From contig CAXYEK010000002.1 in assembly GCA_964276235.1 (NCBI GenBank), positions 69,216 to 133,215 of the forward strand: a stretch of 64,000 bases of DNA, in the 5' to 3' direction. Position 1 is the first letter of the stretch; each line of letters begins with the position of its first letter. Of this stretch, positions 8,505 to 18,388 are shown piece by piece. The translations under genes were made by a program, and so were the position numbers. The notes beneath the pieces were generated by a model. The model worked only from the letters and a program-made list of their open reading frames with translations. It was not told the origin of the DNA and made no database searches. The DNA is from an uncultured SAR86 cluster bacterium (GTDB lineage: Bacteria > Pseudomonadota > Gammaproteobacteria > Magnimaribacterales > D2472).

Positions 8505-11500
8505 GTGTCAAAGACTAATACCTTTATATTGCAAGGCAAGAAAAGTTTCTCAGACTCTAAATTAGAGCAACTGAATATCGACTACAACAAATTAAATAAT
8601 CAAAAGGCTCAAATTTCTTCTAATGAGATTTATATTCTTGCTTCTAAAAATCCAGATTTAAATTTAGAAGAGCTTAAAAATATTTTAGATGCCGATGTCT
8701 CAACAGAATCATTTTCATTTTTGGTAGGGCCAAGATCGGGGACTATTTCTCCTTGGTCATCAAAAACTGAGGACATTATAAAAAATGTTGGGGTTGAAGG
8801 TGTAGATAGAGTTGAAAGATTTTTTGGTTTTAATGTTTCATCTTTTTCTGACCAATCAAATTTAGATTTATCTCTTTTGTTTGATCGAATGACCCAATCT
8901 GTGTATTCAAATTATGAAAGTTGTACTGATTTTTTAAATACAGATGCTCAAAGACATGTAAGTCATATAAATATTATTGATGGCGGCATAGAATCCCTTC
9001 AAAAAGCTAACAAAGTCTTTGGTTTTGCTATGAGTAATGATGAAATCGAGTATTTATATGATTTTTACTCAAAAATAGCCAGAAATCCTACAGATGCTGA
9101 GTTAATGATGTTTGCACAGGCTAATTCTGAGCATTGCAGGCATAAAATATTCAATGCTAAGTGGACTGTTAACGGCGTTTCTAAGAATAATACCCTTTTT
9201 GATCTAATTAAAGAGACTAGCAAGCAATCACCTAGAGGAATAATCTCTGCTTATAAGGATAATGCAGCTATTACCGAGGGAACTGAGGTTGAGCGTCTTA
9301 ATTTAGGGGCAGACTTTAAATATAATCTTGTTAAGGACTCATTAAATTCTACTATTAAGGTAGAGACTCACAATCATCCAACTGCAATTTCTCCTTATCC
9401 TGGAGCAGCTACTGGCTCTGGTGGTGAAATTAGAGATGAAGGAGCAACCGGTAGAGGAGCAAAACCAAAAATAGGATTAGTTGGTTTTAACGTTTCCAAC
9501 CTAAGAATTCCACAACTGCCAAGAAGTTGGGAAGGTGATGAGAGTAAACCTGAGAGAATTGCATCCCCATTAAACATTATGATCGAAGCTCCTATTGGTG
9601 CAGCAGCATTTAATAATGAATTTGGCCGACCTTCAACACTTGGGTACTTCAGATCATTTGAAACCATGTTTAACGAAAATAAAAATGCCTTTGGTTACCA
9701 CAAGCCAATTATGTTGGCAGGCGGTATAGGAGAAATAAGAGAAAGAAATAATTTTAAACTACAAATATCTGAGGGATATCACATTGTGGTTCTTGGTGGG
9801 CCTGCAATGTTAATTGGTCTGGGTGGGGGTGCTGCATCCTCAGTTTCATCAGGTGATAGTGATGAAGATTTAGATTTTGCATCGGTGCAAAGAGATAACG
9901 CTGAAATGGAAAGGCGATGCCAGGAAGTTATTAATGCGTGCTCATCACAAGACGATAGCTTCATAGAATTCATTCATGATGTCGGAGCTGGTGGATTGTC
10001 CAATGCTATTCCAGAATTAGCTGGTGATTCTGATTTAGGGGTATATATAGATTTAGATAAAATTCCTAATTCGGATAAATCCATGTCACCTATGGAAATT
10101 TGGTCTAACGAATCTCAAGAAAGATATGTTATGGCTATTCATCCTGATAATAAAAATGCCTTCGAAGATATATGTAAAAGAGAAAGATGTGTGTATGCAT
10201 TTGTTGGAAAAACAACATTAGAAAAATCAGTAAAACTTTTTGATGCAAAAACAAATTCTTATCCTGTGGACGTTCCTTTATCTATGTTATTTGGAGATCT
10301 ACCTATTACTGATATGAATGTTTCTAACAGTAACAAAAAAAATGTAAACGAAGACAGCTCTTCGAATTATTTATTTTCTGAAACTCTTATAAAGGTTCTT
10401 CAGCATCCAACAGTAGCTAGTAAATCATTTCTTATCACCATTGGTGACAGAACAGTTGGTGGCATGGTTGCAAGAGATCAATTCATCGGACCGTATCAAG
10501 TTCCTGTATCTGATTACTCCATGAGTTTACGATCTTTTACCTCAAACTCAGGAGAGGTTTTAACCGTTGGTGAAAAGCCAACGCTAGCAATTAATAATCC
10601 AGCAGCTTCAATGAGGATGGCGATGGCTGAAGCTCTTTGTAATATGTCTGGGGTTCATATAAATGGACTAGATGAAGTTCAAGTCTCTGCGAATTGGATG
10701 GCAGCAACTGGTGAAGAAGTAGAGGACTTATCTTTAAGGGAAGGAGTTGAAGCACTCTCAAAATGCTGTGTTGATTTAAAAGTTTCTGTTCCTGTCGGAA
10801 AAGATTCTCTTTCAATGCGCACTAAATGGGATGATGACTCAGTTGAGCATACGGTAAAAAGCCCATTGTCAGGAGTTATAACTGCCATGGCACCAGTAAA
10901 AGATGTCACTTGTTCGGTAACTCCAGAATTAAATACTGAAAAGGACTCAAAGATTATTTATGTTCAATTAAATAATAATAAGCGACTTGCAGGTTCTATT
11001 TTTTCTGAAGTAACTCAATCAAGTTATATAGAAACTCCTGATGTCGATGATATGAATGCATTTAAAGAAATGTTTAATTCAGTTCAAGAATTAGTATCAC
11101 AAAATAAAATTTTAGCTCTTCATGATGTTTCAGATGGAGGTTTGATAACAACTCTATTGGAAATGTCATTCACTAAAAGGATTGGTTTGGATATTAGTAT
11201 TGATTCTTTGTCAGAGGAGAGCTTAAACGCCGATCTTTTTTCAGAAGAAATAGGTTTGGTTCTTCAAGTATTAGACCAAGATGTAAATGATGTAATTGCA
11301 CAATTCACATCTAAAAATTTGGTAGTAAATGAAATTGGTTGTCCTTCGTCTTCCAAAGAATTAACCATAAGTAATTCTGAGAATTTGCTATACAAAGAAT
11401 CTGTTATCAAACTTGAAAGAAGTTGGAGAGAAGTCTCTCATGCCATTCAAGCGATCAGAGATAACAAGTCTATAGCAGACTCTGAATTGAATTTATTGGT

Positions 11501-12350
11501 GGATGAAGAGCATAAAGGATTGTATGCAAAAGATGCTTTTGATGAAAAAATATTAAGCACTTTTGAAATAAAAAAGACAAAACCAAAAGTTGCTGTATTA
11601 AGAGAGCAGGGCGTAAACGGTCAAATGGAAATGGCTGCTGCATTCACATTGGCAGGTTTTGAAGCTATCGATGTTCATATGCAAGATCTTTTAGATAATA
11701 AAGTTAATTTAAAAGATTTTAATGGTTTGGCAGCATGCGGAGGTTTCTCATACGGAGACGTCCTTGGTGCAGGAGGAGGTTGGTCTAAAACCATTCTTCA
11801 TAATAATTTAGTAAAAGATCAATTTGAGAATTTCTTTAGCAATGAATCTACATTCACTCTTGGAGTGTGTAACGGTTGTCAGATGGTATCTAAATTAAAA
11901 GATATTATTCCTGGTGCAGATTATTGGCCTAGTTTTGAAAAAAACCTTTCGGATCAGTTTGAGGCTAGACTAGCTCAAGTTAAAGTTAAGAAAAGTGATT
12001 CTGTTCTTCTCTCTGATATGGAGGGATGGTCTATGCCTATAGCATCTGCTCATGGAGAAGGGCATGCAAAATTTATTAATAATGATTTAGATAATTTAAT
12101 GAATTCAGATCAAATTGCGCTTAACTTTGTTAACTCAAATGGATCTAGCACTGAAACTTACCCGCTTAATCCAAATGGTTCTGTAAATGGTATAACTGGT
12201 ATTACAGCTGCAAATGGAAGAGTAACAATAATGATGCCTCATCCTGAAAGAGTTTTTAGAAAGTTACAGATGAGTTGGAAGCCTGACCATTGGAAAGAAT
12301 TTTCACCTTGGATGCAGATTTTTATAAACGCAAAAAAATTTACAGACTAA
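8505..12350 (+). CDS. purL: phosphoribosylformylglycinamidine synthase (single-chain large PurL)
   Basis: 1281 aa. FGAM synthase domains plus a C-terminal glutaminase (GVCNGCQ, HPER). GTG start. Confidence 0.97.
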   Translation: MSKTNTFILQGKKSFSDSKLEQLNIDYNKLNNQKAQISSNEIYILASKNPDLNLEELKNILDADVSTESFSFLVGPRSGTISPWSSKTEDIIKNVGVEGVDRVERFFGFNVSSFSDQSNLDLSLLFDRMTQSVYSNYESCTDFLNTDAQRHVSHINIIDGGIESLQKANKVFGFAMSNDEIEYLYDFYSKIARNPTDAELMMFAQANSEHCRHKIFNAKWTVNGVSKNNTLFDLIKETSKQSPRGIISAYKDNAAITEGTEVERLNLGADFKYNLVKDSLNSTIKVETHNHPTAISPYPGAATGSGGEIRDEGATGRGAKPKIGLVGFNVSNLRIPQLPRSWEGDESKPERIASPLNIMIEAPIGAAAFNNEFGRPSTLGYFRSFETMFNENKNAFGYHKPIMLAGGIGEIRERNNFKLQISEGYHIVVLGGPAMLIGLGGGAASSVSSGDSDEDLDFASVQRDNAEMERRCQEVINACSSQDDSFIEFIHDVGAGGLSNAIPELAGDSDLGVYIDLDKIPNSDKSMSPMEIWSNESQERYVMAIHPDNKNAFEDICKRERCVYAFVGKTTLEKSVKLFDAKTNSYPVDVPLSMLFGDLPITDMNVSNSNKKNVNEDSSSNYLFSETLIKVLQHPTVASKSFLITIGDRTVGGMVARDQFIGPYQVPVSDYSMSLRSFTSNSGEVLTVGEKPTLAINNPAASMRMAMAEALCNMSGVHINGLDEVQVSANWMAATGEEVEDLSLREGVEALSKCCVDLKVSVPVGKDSLSMRTKWDDDSVEHTVKSPLSGVITAMAPVKDVTCSVTPELNTEKDSKIIYVQLNNNKRLAGSIFSEVTQSSYIETPDVDDMNAFKEMFNSVQELVSQNKILALHDVSDGGLITTLLEMSFTKRIGLDISIDSLSEESLNADLFSEEIGLVLQVLDQDVNDVIAQFTSKNLVVNEIGCPSSSKELTISNSENLLYKESVIKLERSWREVSHAIQAIRDNKSIADSELNLLVDEEHKGLYAKDAFDEKILSTFEIKKTKPKVAVLREQGVNGQMEMAAAFTLAGFEAIDVHMQDLLDNKVNLKDFNGLAACGGFSYGDVLGAGGGWSKTILHNNLVKDQFENFFSNESTFTLGVCNGCQMVSKLKDIIPGADYWPSFEKNLSDQFEARLAQVKVKKSDSVLLSDMEGWSMPIASAHGEGHAKFINNDLDNLMNSDQIALNFVNSNGSSTETYPLNPNGSVNGITGITAANGRVTIMMPHPERVFRKLQMSWKPDHWKEFSPWMQIFINAKKFTD

Positions 12351-12355
12351 AAAAA

Positions 12356-12877
12356 TTATTCTCGATGAGTGTTAAGACCTTTTTGTCTTTCTCTGAGTGC
12401 CTCATCCATAAAAATTTCTCTTTCATAGATTTCGTATTCGAACCACTTAATAAATTCTTCATCACGATTTACTTTCATGTACTCCCAAATACCTTTCCCA
12501 GCTGCACTTTTCATAACACCTAATCTTAAAGGACTCATTCTTATATCCAGATGTTTTTTCTCAACAAAGCCCTGTTCAACTTTGTCATAAACGTCAAACA
12601 GATCAACTAAACACATAATTATAAAATGATTAATTCTCCATTTATCTGTATTTGTTAAATCATCACCAGCCCAGTCCTTAGATAAAAACTCAGAAAATTC
12701 TGCGTCTTTAGTGGTATGGAAATATCTATCGTATAGTCTTTGGGTTAGAGAATGACCAAAAGAAGCTTTTGTAATTTCATTCTGTTGATTTATTTGAACA
12801 CCAAGATAAATAACCGATATAACTACACCAGCTGCAGCAATTACCTGGACTATCAACAATATAATATCTGTATTCAT
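12356..12877 (-). CDS. hypothetical protein with N-terminal membrane anchor
   Basis: 173-aa ORF with one N-terminal hydrophobic helix. No recognisable motif. Confidence 0.4.
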   Translation of the reverse strand: MNTDIILLIVQVIAAAGVVISVIYLGVQINQQNEITKASFGHSLTQRLYDRYFHTTKDAEFSEFLSKDWAGDDLTNTDKWRINHFIIMCLVDLFDVYDKVEQGFVEKKHLDIRMSPLRLGVMKSAAGKGIWEYMKVNRDEEFIKWFEYEIYEREIFMDEALRERQKGLNTHRE

Positions 12878-12878
12878 A

Positions 12879-13415
12879 CTACCAAAGATTAATATCTTCT
12901 TCTCTAAAAATAAAGTTTTTAGTCTTACTATCTTCTAAATAATATTTTAATGTTCTTTCAACAGTAGGGAATGCTAGCTCATCCCATAGGATTTCATCTT
13001 CGCTAAATAATCTGACTTCCATACTTTCAGTAGTTGGGCCAAAGTTATCATCAAGAAGATCGGCAAGATAAAATAAGTGAACTTGATTGATGTGAGGAAG
13101 ACTAAACATGGTGTAAGGCATTATTGCTTTTGCTACAGAACCAGTTTCTTCCATTGTCTCTCTAAGAGCCCCAGCTTGAAGTGTTTCTGCATTTTCCATA
13201 AAACCGGCAGGCAGCGTCCATAGTCCTTTTCTTGGATGGATATTTCTTTTAGCCATTAAAATCTTTTCATCCCGAATACATATTGCCCCTACGATCATAT
13301 TGGGGTTGGTGTAAAAAATCTTATTACATTCAGGACAGTTGTATCTTTTTAAATGATCATCTTTTGGAATTTTGAATTCTAATTTTGAGCTTCCGCAGTC
13401 TGGACAATATTTCAA
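12879..13415 (-). CDS. NUDIX hydrolase with N-terminal zinc ribbon
   Basis: 178 aa. CPDCGS...CPECN ribbon, then Nudix box GFMENAETLQAGALRETMEETG. Confidence 0.8.
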   Translation of the reverse strand: MKYCPDCGSSKLEFKIPKDDHLKRYNCPECNKIFYTNPNMIVGAICIRDEKILMAKRNIHPRKGLWTLPAGFMENAETLQAGALRETMEETGSVAKAIMPYTMFSLPHINQVHLFYLADLLDDNFGPTTESMEVRLFSEDEILWDELAFPTVERTLKYYLEDSKTKNFIFREEDINLW

Positions 13416-13469
13416 TTTTTTGTTCCTAAATAAAAGTATAAGGAGGCTTAAGAAGTTAAACTAACCTTA

Positions 13470-14072
13470 ATGATAGACAGCATAAAGCAAAAGCTTGAAA
13501 AACTAAATAATCCTAAGCCAACTTCTTTTAAAAAAGCTGGGGTTTTAATAGGTATTCTTTATTTTGATGAGTTTATAAAGGACCCTCATATTGTTTTTAC
13601 AAAAAGATCTACAAAAGTATCTACCCATTCTGGTGAAGTGAGTTTTCCAGGCGGCAAATGGGAAGAAGGAGATGAAGATCTGTATCAAACATCATTACGA
13701 GAGTCTTTCGAGGAAATTAACCTCACTGATGAATATATAACAAAGTTAGGGTCATTAAATTATTTAATTTCTCGACACAAGATAGAGGTTAATCCCTTTG
13801 TTGGACTAATTACACAAAAACCAGACTTTAGTGCTAATGAGGAAATCGAAGATATATTCACAGTTCCTTTTAGCTATCTTCTTAATAAAGAAAACGCAAT
13901 TCAAAATGAGCTTGAGAGGGACAATATGAAGATAATAATACCTAGTTGGGTTTATAATGAACAAAGAATATGGGGATTAACAGCTATGATTACTGCAGAT
14001 TTTTTAAATATTTGTTTCGATGCTGGTATCCCATCAAATATGGATGTTATTAGAGAAAAATATGATAGTTAG
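13470..14072 (+). CDS. NUDIX hydrolase, CoA pyrophosphatase-like (NudL/YeaB type)
   Basis: 200 aa. FPGGKWEEGDEDLYQTSLRESFEEINL Nudix box with the upstream context typical of CoA pyrophosphatases. Confidence 0.65.
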   Translation: MIDSIKQKLEKLNNPKPTSFKKAGVLIGILYFDEFIKDPHIVFTKRSTKVSTHSGEVSFPGGKWEEGDEDLYQTSLRESFEEINLTDEYITKLGSLNYLISRHKIEVNPFVGLITQKPDFSANEEIEDIFTVPFSYLLNKENAIQNELERDNMKIIIPSWVYNEQRIWGLTAMITADFLNICFDAGIPSNMDVIREKYDS

Positions 14073-14586
14073 CTTAGGTGATAAAAAATTGACCACCGCT
14101 GGTGATGATTATTATATTGCACCAAATGCAACAGTTATTGGCGATGTTCAATTATCAAAAGATGCTAGCGTTTGGTTTAATGCAACGCTGAGGGGAGATA
14201 ATGAACCTATAATTGTTGGCGAGGGTTCTAATATTCAAGATGGATCAGTACTTCATACCGACCCAGGATATAAATGTATTGTTGGTAAATATGTAACTGT
14301 TGGTCATATGGTTATGCTTCATGGTTGTGAAATTGGTGACGGAAGTCTAGTTGGGATAGGTTCGGTAGTCTTAAATGGTGCAAAGATAGGTAAGAATTGT
14401 ATTATAGGAGCTAAAGCACTTATTACAGAGGGTATGATAATTCCAGATGGGTCAATGGTTTTAGGAATGCCTGGAAAAATTAAAAAGACTCTAACTGATG
14501 AAGAGCAAGAATTGGTCTCGCTAGGAGCTCATCACTATATAGAGAATTATAAAAAATATAAAAAAATAGCAACCACCTTGAAATGA
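14062..14586 (+). CDS. gamma-carbonic-anhydrase-like hexapeptide-repeat protein (YrdA/PaaY family)
   Basis: Left-handed beta-helix repeats and the HTD...GH.V.LHGC pattern. I prefer ATG 14062 (MIVSLGDKK...) over the track start 14020, which lies inside the upstream gene. Confidence 0.8.
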   Translation: MIVSLGDKKLTTAGDDYYIAPNATVIGDVQLSKDASVWFNATLRGDNEPIIVGEGSNIQDGSVLHTDPGYKCIVGKYVTVGHMVMLHGCEIGDGSLVGIGSVVLNGAKIGKNCIIGAKALITEGMIIPDGSMVLGMPGKIKKTLTDEEQELVSLGAHHYIENYKKYKKIATTLK

Positions 14587-17159
14587 AAACAAGCGATATC
14601 AGACAGGCCTTTCTTGATTTTTATAAATCAAAAGAACATCAAATTGTAGATTCTAGTTCTTTGATTCCAGTTAACGATGAAACTCTGTTATTCACAAATG
14701 CAGGTATGGTTCAATTCAAAGATGTCTTTTTAGGAACAGAAAAAAGAAAATATGTTCGTGCTACAAGTTCACAGAGATGTATAAGGGCTGGAGGCAAACA
14801 CAACGACTTAGAAAATGTTGGCTACACTCTTAGGCATCATACTTTTTTTGAAATGCTGGGTAATTTTAGTTTTGGAGACTATTTTAAAGAAGATGCTATT
14901 AAATATGCATGGGAATTTTTAACAGACGTTCTTAAACTCGAAAAAGAAAAATTATGGATATCTGTATATAAAGATGATGATGAGGCTGCGGCAATATGGA
15001 AAGATATTATTGGCGTTAATCCAGATAGAATAGTTAGATTAGGAGACGAAGATAATTTTTGGTCTATGGGAGATACTGGACCATGCGGACCATGTTCAGA
15101 AATTTACTATGATCATGGTGATCATATAGAGGGAACACCGCCAGGCTCAGATGGTGATGAAGGCGATAGATATATAGAGATATGGAATCTAGTATTTATG
15201 CAATCAAATAGAAGTGAATCAGGTGAAATGACTCCTTTACCTAAACCATCAGTAGATACGGGTATGGGCCTAGAAAGGATTGCAGCTGTCATGCAAGGCG
15301 TTAACTCAAACTATGAAACAGATCTATTTAAAGATCTTATAAATGCATCTGAAAGAATTCTTGGTAATAAAGAAAGTCCTTCTCATAAAGTTATTTCAGA
15401 TCATATTAGGTCAACAAGTTTTCTTATTGCTGATGGTATTTCTCCAGAAAATGAAGGAAGAGGATATGTACTTAGAAGAATATTGAGAAGAGCTATTCGA
15501 CATGGCTATAAAATGGGAGCAAGCAAACCTTTTTTAAATGAGTTAGTTCATGACCTTGCAGATCTTATGCAAGATGCTTATCCAGTTCTTTTAGAAAAGA
15601 AAGATCAAATCTCAAAAATAATTAAAGACGAAGAAATTAAATTTTTTGAAACTTTGGAAAAAGGAATCAATATATTAGAAGATGCAATTAAAAATCTTGA
15701 TGGCAATACTCTTGATGGAGAGACGGTTTTCAAACTTCATGATACTTTTGGTTTCCCTTTTGATTTAACAGCAGACATTGCTCGCGAAAAAGATTTAAAA
15801 ATAGATGAAGAGGGCTTTACAAGGTGTATGAACCAGCAAAAGCAATCATCAAAGGCTGGAAGTAGTTTTGTTTCTTCTCTTCCTGCTGCATCGGGAGTTG
15901 GTGAGACTGAATTTCTTGGTTATGAGTTACTAGAAGCAGATTCTAAAGTTTTAGTTCTATGGAAAGATCAGGATAGAGTGGATGAGGCCTCTGATGCAGA
16001 CGAAATATTTATTGCATGTGATAAGACTCCATTTTATGCAGAATCAGGAGGTCAGATAGGTGATACAGGAAGGTTTAACTCTAGTGAAGCAACTGGTACT
16101 ATTTTAGATTGTAAGAAACAAGGAAAGGTATTCCTTCATAAAGCAAAGATAGATTCAGGAACTTTAAAAAATGGTGATGTTATAAACATGAGCGTTGAAA
16201 AAGACAAAAGAGCTGCGATAGCAATACATCATTCATCAACGCACTTGATGCATGCTGCATTAATAAAGGTTCTTGGCGATCATGTTCAGCAAAAAGGTTC
16301 TCTGGTAGATGAAAGCAAGCTTCGCTTTGATTTTTCTCATTCTAAACCTTTAACAAAAGAAGAAATTTCTGAAGTTGAAGATATTGTGAACAAAGAATCT
16401 CTTAATAATTTAGAAGTCACAACAGAAATAATGAAATTAGATGATGCTATGAATTCTGGAGCACAAGCTTTATTCGGTGAAAAATATGAAGACGAAGTAA
16501 GGGTTTTAAATATGGGAGAAAACTCATTTTCTGTAGAGCTTTGTGGTGGTACTCATGTTGATAGAACAGGAGATGTTGGTGTTTTTGTTATAACCGGTCA
16601 ATCAAGCGTCGCATCTGGAGTAAGACGAATAGAGGCATTGGGTGGAAAAAAAGCTTTGTCATATATAAACAAAGTTAGAAATGTTAATGATGCACTTCAG
16701 CAAAAACTCAATGTTCCTTCAGATTCTATGCTTGAAAAAGTAGAAGCGTTGATAGAAGAAAATAAGAAATTAAAAAAGTCTGGGGGGCAGGCTTCACCCG
16801 CAGCTGAGATAATTTTTACAGAATCATCTGAAATAAATGATTTCACACTTGTGATAGAGCAAGTGGCAATCGATGACAATAAGTTGCTAAGAGGGATGGT
16901 TGATCAAAGAAAAACAATCCTTGAAAAAGGAATTATTATTTTATTGAATGCACAAGGCAATAAGATCGCAGTAGTCTGCGGAGTAACCGACAATCTTATC
17001 AATGCAATTTCTGCCAAAGAAATAGTTTCTAATCTATGTGAGCAATTAAACGGGAAGGGTGGCGGTCGCCCTGATTTTGCTCAAGGTGCCGGTGAAACTG
17101 AAAATATTAATGATTTCGTGACTTCTATTGCAAATTCAGTAAAATCTCTCGCAAACTAG
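14583..17159 (+). CDS. alaS: alanine--tRNA ligase
   Basis: 858 aa. Has FTNAGM, the WNLVFMQ-type core, an HHSSTHLMH editing domain and a C-terminal DHHA1-like GGGRPDFAQG. Confidence 0.97.
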   Translation: MKTSDIRQAFLDFYKSKEHQIVDSSSLIPVNDETLLFTNAGMVQFKDVFLGTEKRKYVRATSSQRCIRAGGKHNDLENVGYTLRHHTFFEMLGNFSFGDYFKEDAIKYAWEFLTDVLKLEKEKLWISVYKDDDEAAAIWKDIIGVNPDRIVRLGDEDNFWSMGDTGPCGPCSEIYYDHGDHIEGTPPGSDGDEGDRYIEIWNLVFMQSNRSESGEMTPLPKPSVDTGMGLERIAAVMQGVNSNYETDLFKDLINASERILGNKESPSHKVISDHIRSTSFLIADGISPENEGRGYVLRRILRRAIRHGYKMGASKPFLNELVHDLADLMQDAYPVLLEKKDQISKIIKDEEIKFFETLEKGINILEDAIKNLDGNTLDGETVFKLHDTFGFPFDLTADIAREKDLKIDEEGFTRCMNQQKQSSKAGSSFVSSLPAASGVGETEFLGYELLEADSKVLVLWKDQDRVDEASDADEIFIACDKTPFYAESGGQIGDTGRFNSSEATGTILDCKKQGKVFLHKAKIDSGTLKNGDVINMSVEKDKRAAIAIHHSSTHLMHAALIKVLGDHVQQKGSLVDESKLRFDFSHSKPLTKEEISEVEDIVNKESLNNLEVTTEIMKLDDAMNSGAQALFGEKYEDEVRVLNMGENSFSVELCGGTHVDRTGDVGVFVITGQSSVASGVRRIEALGGKKALSYINKVRNVNDALQQKLNVPSDSMLEKVEALIEENKKLKKSGGQASPAAEIIFTESSEINDFTLVIEQVAIDDNKLLRGMVDQRKTILEKGIIILLNAQGNKIAVVCGVTDNLINAISAKEIVSNLCEQLNGKGGGRPDFAQGAGETENINDFVTSIANSVKSLAN

Positions 17160-17168
17160 AAAAAAATA

Positions 17169-18383
17169 ATGACAGATATCTTAGTTCAAAAGTTTGGAGG
17201 AACATCCGTTGGCTCGGAAGAAAGGATTGCTGCCGTAGCAAAAATAATTAAAGAAGCCTCAGTCACAAACTCTATAGTTGTTGTAGTATCTGCAATGAGC
17301 GGAGAAACTAACAGATTAATCAAATTAGCTAAAAGTTTTGGCGATAACCCAAGTAAAAGAGAGTTCGATGCCCTTATTTCAACTGGTGAAAAAGTAAGTG
17401 CTGCATTATTGGCAATGGCACTTCATCAGATTGGTGTTGATGCAAAGTCCTACACAGCATCTCAAATAGCTATGAAAACTACAGATAGTTATTCTAAGGC
17501 TCGAATACTTGGAGTAAACAGTAAAAAAATTCAAGATGCATTAGATAACGGAATTATTCCCATTATTACTGGTTTTCAAGGTATTACCGAGTCAGGTGAT
17601 GTGACAACACTTGGAAGAGGGGGATCAGATACTACTGCAGTAGCAATCGCAGCACAAATGAAAGCAAAGAGATGTGATATCTATACAGATGTTGAAGGAA
17701 TATATACTACTGATCCAAGAGTAGTTCCTGAAGCTAAAAAATTAGACTCTATTACTATGGAAGAAATGCTAGAACTTTCTGGACAGGGTGCAAAGGTAAT
17801 TCAAATTAGAGCAGTAGAATTTGCAAATAAATATAAAGTACCAGTGAGAGTTTTATCCAGTTTTAAACCTGGAAATGGTACGCTAATATCTCTTGAGGAG
17901 AATGATATGGAAAATGGACTAGTATCTGGAATAGCCTTTCAGAAAGATCAAATTAAGTACACACTTCATGGGGTGAGCGACACACCTGGAATGGCTTATG
18001 GAATTCTAGGACCTTTAAGCGATGCAAATATAGAAGTAGACGTTATAGTTCAGAATGTTAGTGTTAATGGAAAGACTGATTTCACATTTACTACATCTAA
18101 AGATGATGAAGCTGCAACAACAAGCTTAATAGAAAGTATGAAAAGCTCTTTAGAGTTTGATGATCTTTTGGTTGACTCAAATATTTCTAAAGTTTCATTA
18201 GTTGGAGTGGGCATGAGAACCCATGCTGGTATAGCTAGTACTGCCTTTAAGGCTCTATCAGAGAATGGAGTGAACATTCAAATGATAAGTACTTCAGAAA
18301 TAAAAATTACTATAGTTATAAATGAAAATAATGTTGATAATGCTGTTAAAGCACTTCATTCCGCTTTTAAATTAGAGGAATAA
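17169..18383 (+). CDS. lysC: aspartate kinase
   Basis: 404 aa. KFGGTS N-terminus, GRGGSDTTA motif, two C-terminal ACT domains. alaS-lysC synteny. Confidence 0.92.
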   Translation: MTDILVQKFGGTSVGSEERIAAVAKIIKEASVTNSIVVVVSAMSGETNRLIKLAKSFGDNPSKREFDALISTGEKVSAALLAMALHQIGVDAKSYTASQIAMKTTDSYSKARILGVNSKKIQDALDNGIIPIITGFQGITESGDVTTLGRGGSDTTAVAIAAQMKAKRCDIYTDVEGIYTTDPRVVPEAKKLDSITMEEMLELSGQGAKVIQIRAVEFANKYKVPVRVLSSFKPGNGTLISLEENDMENGLVSGIAFQKDQIKYTLHGVSDTPGMAYGILGPLSDANIEVDVIVQNVSVNGKTDFTFTTSKDDEAATTSLIESMKSSLEFDDLLVDSNISKVSLVGVGMRTHAGIASTAFKALSENGVNIQMISTSEIKITIVINENNVDNAVKALHSAFKLEE

Positions 18384-18388
18384 ATAAT

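Noticed and set aside
12290-12523. Plus-strand 77-aa ORF spanning the purL stop and the start of the next gene region.
   Set aside because: It overlaps the purL 3' end and is antisense to the 173-aa minus-strand ORF. It has no motif and is a low-complexity AT-rich translation.
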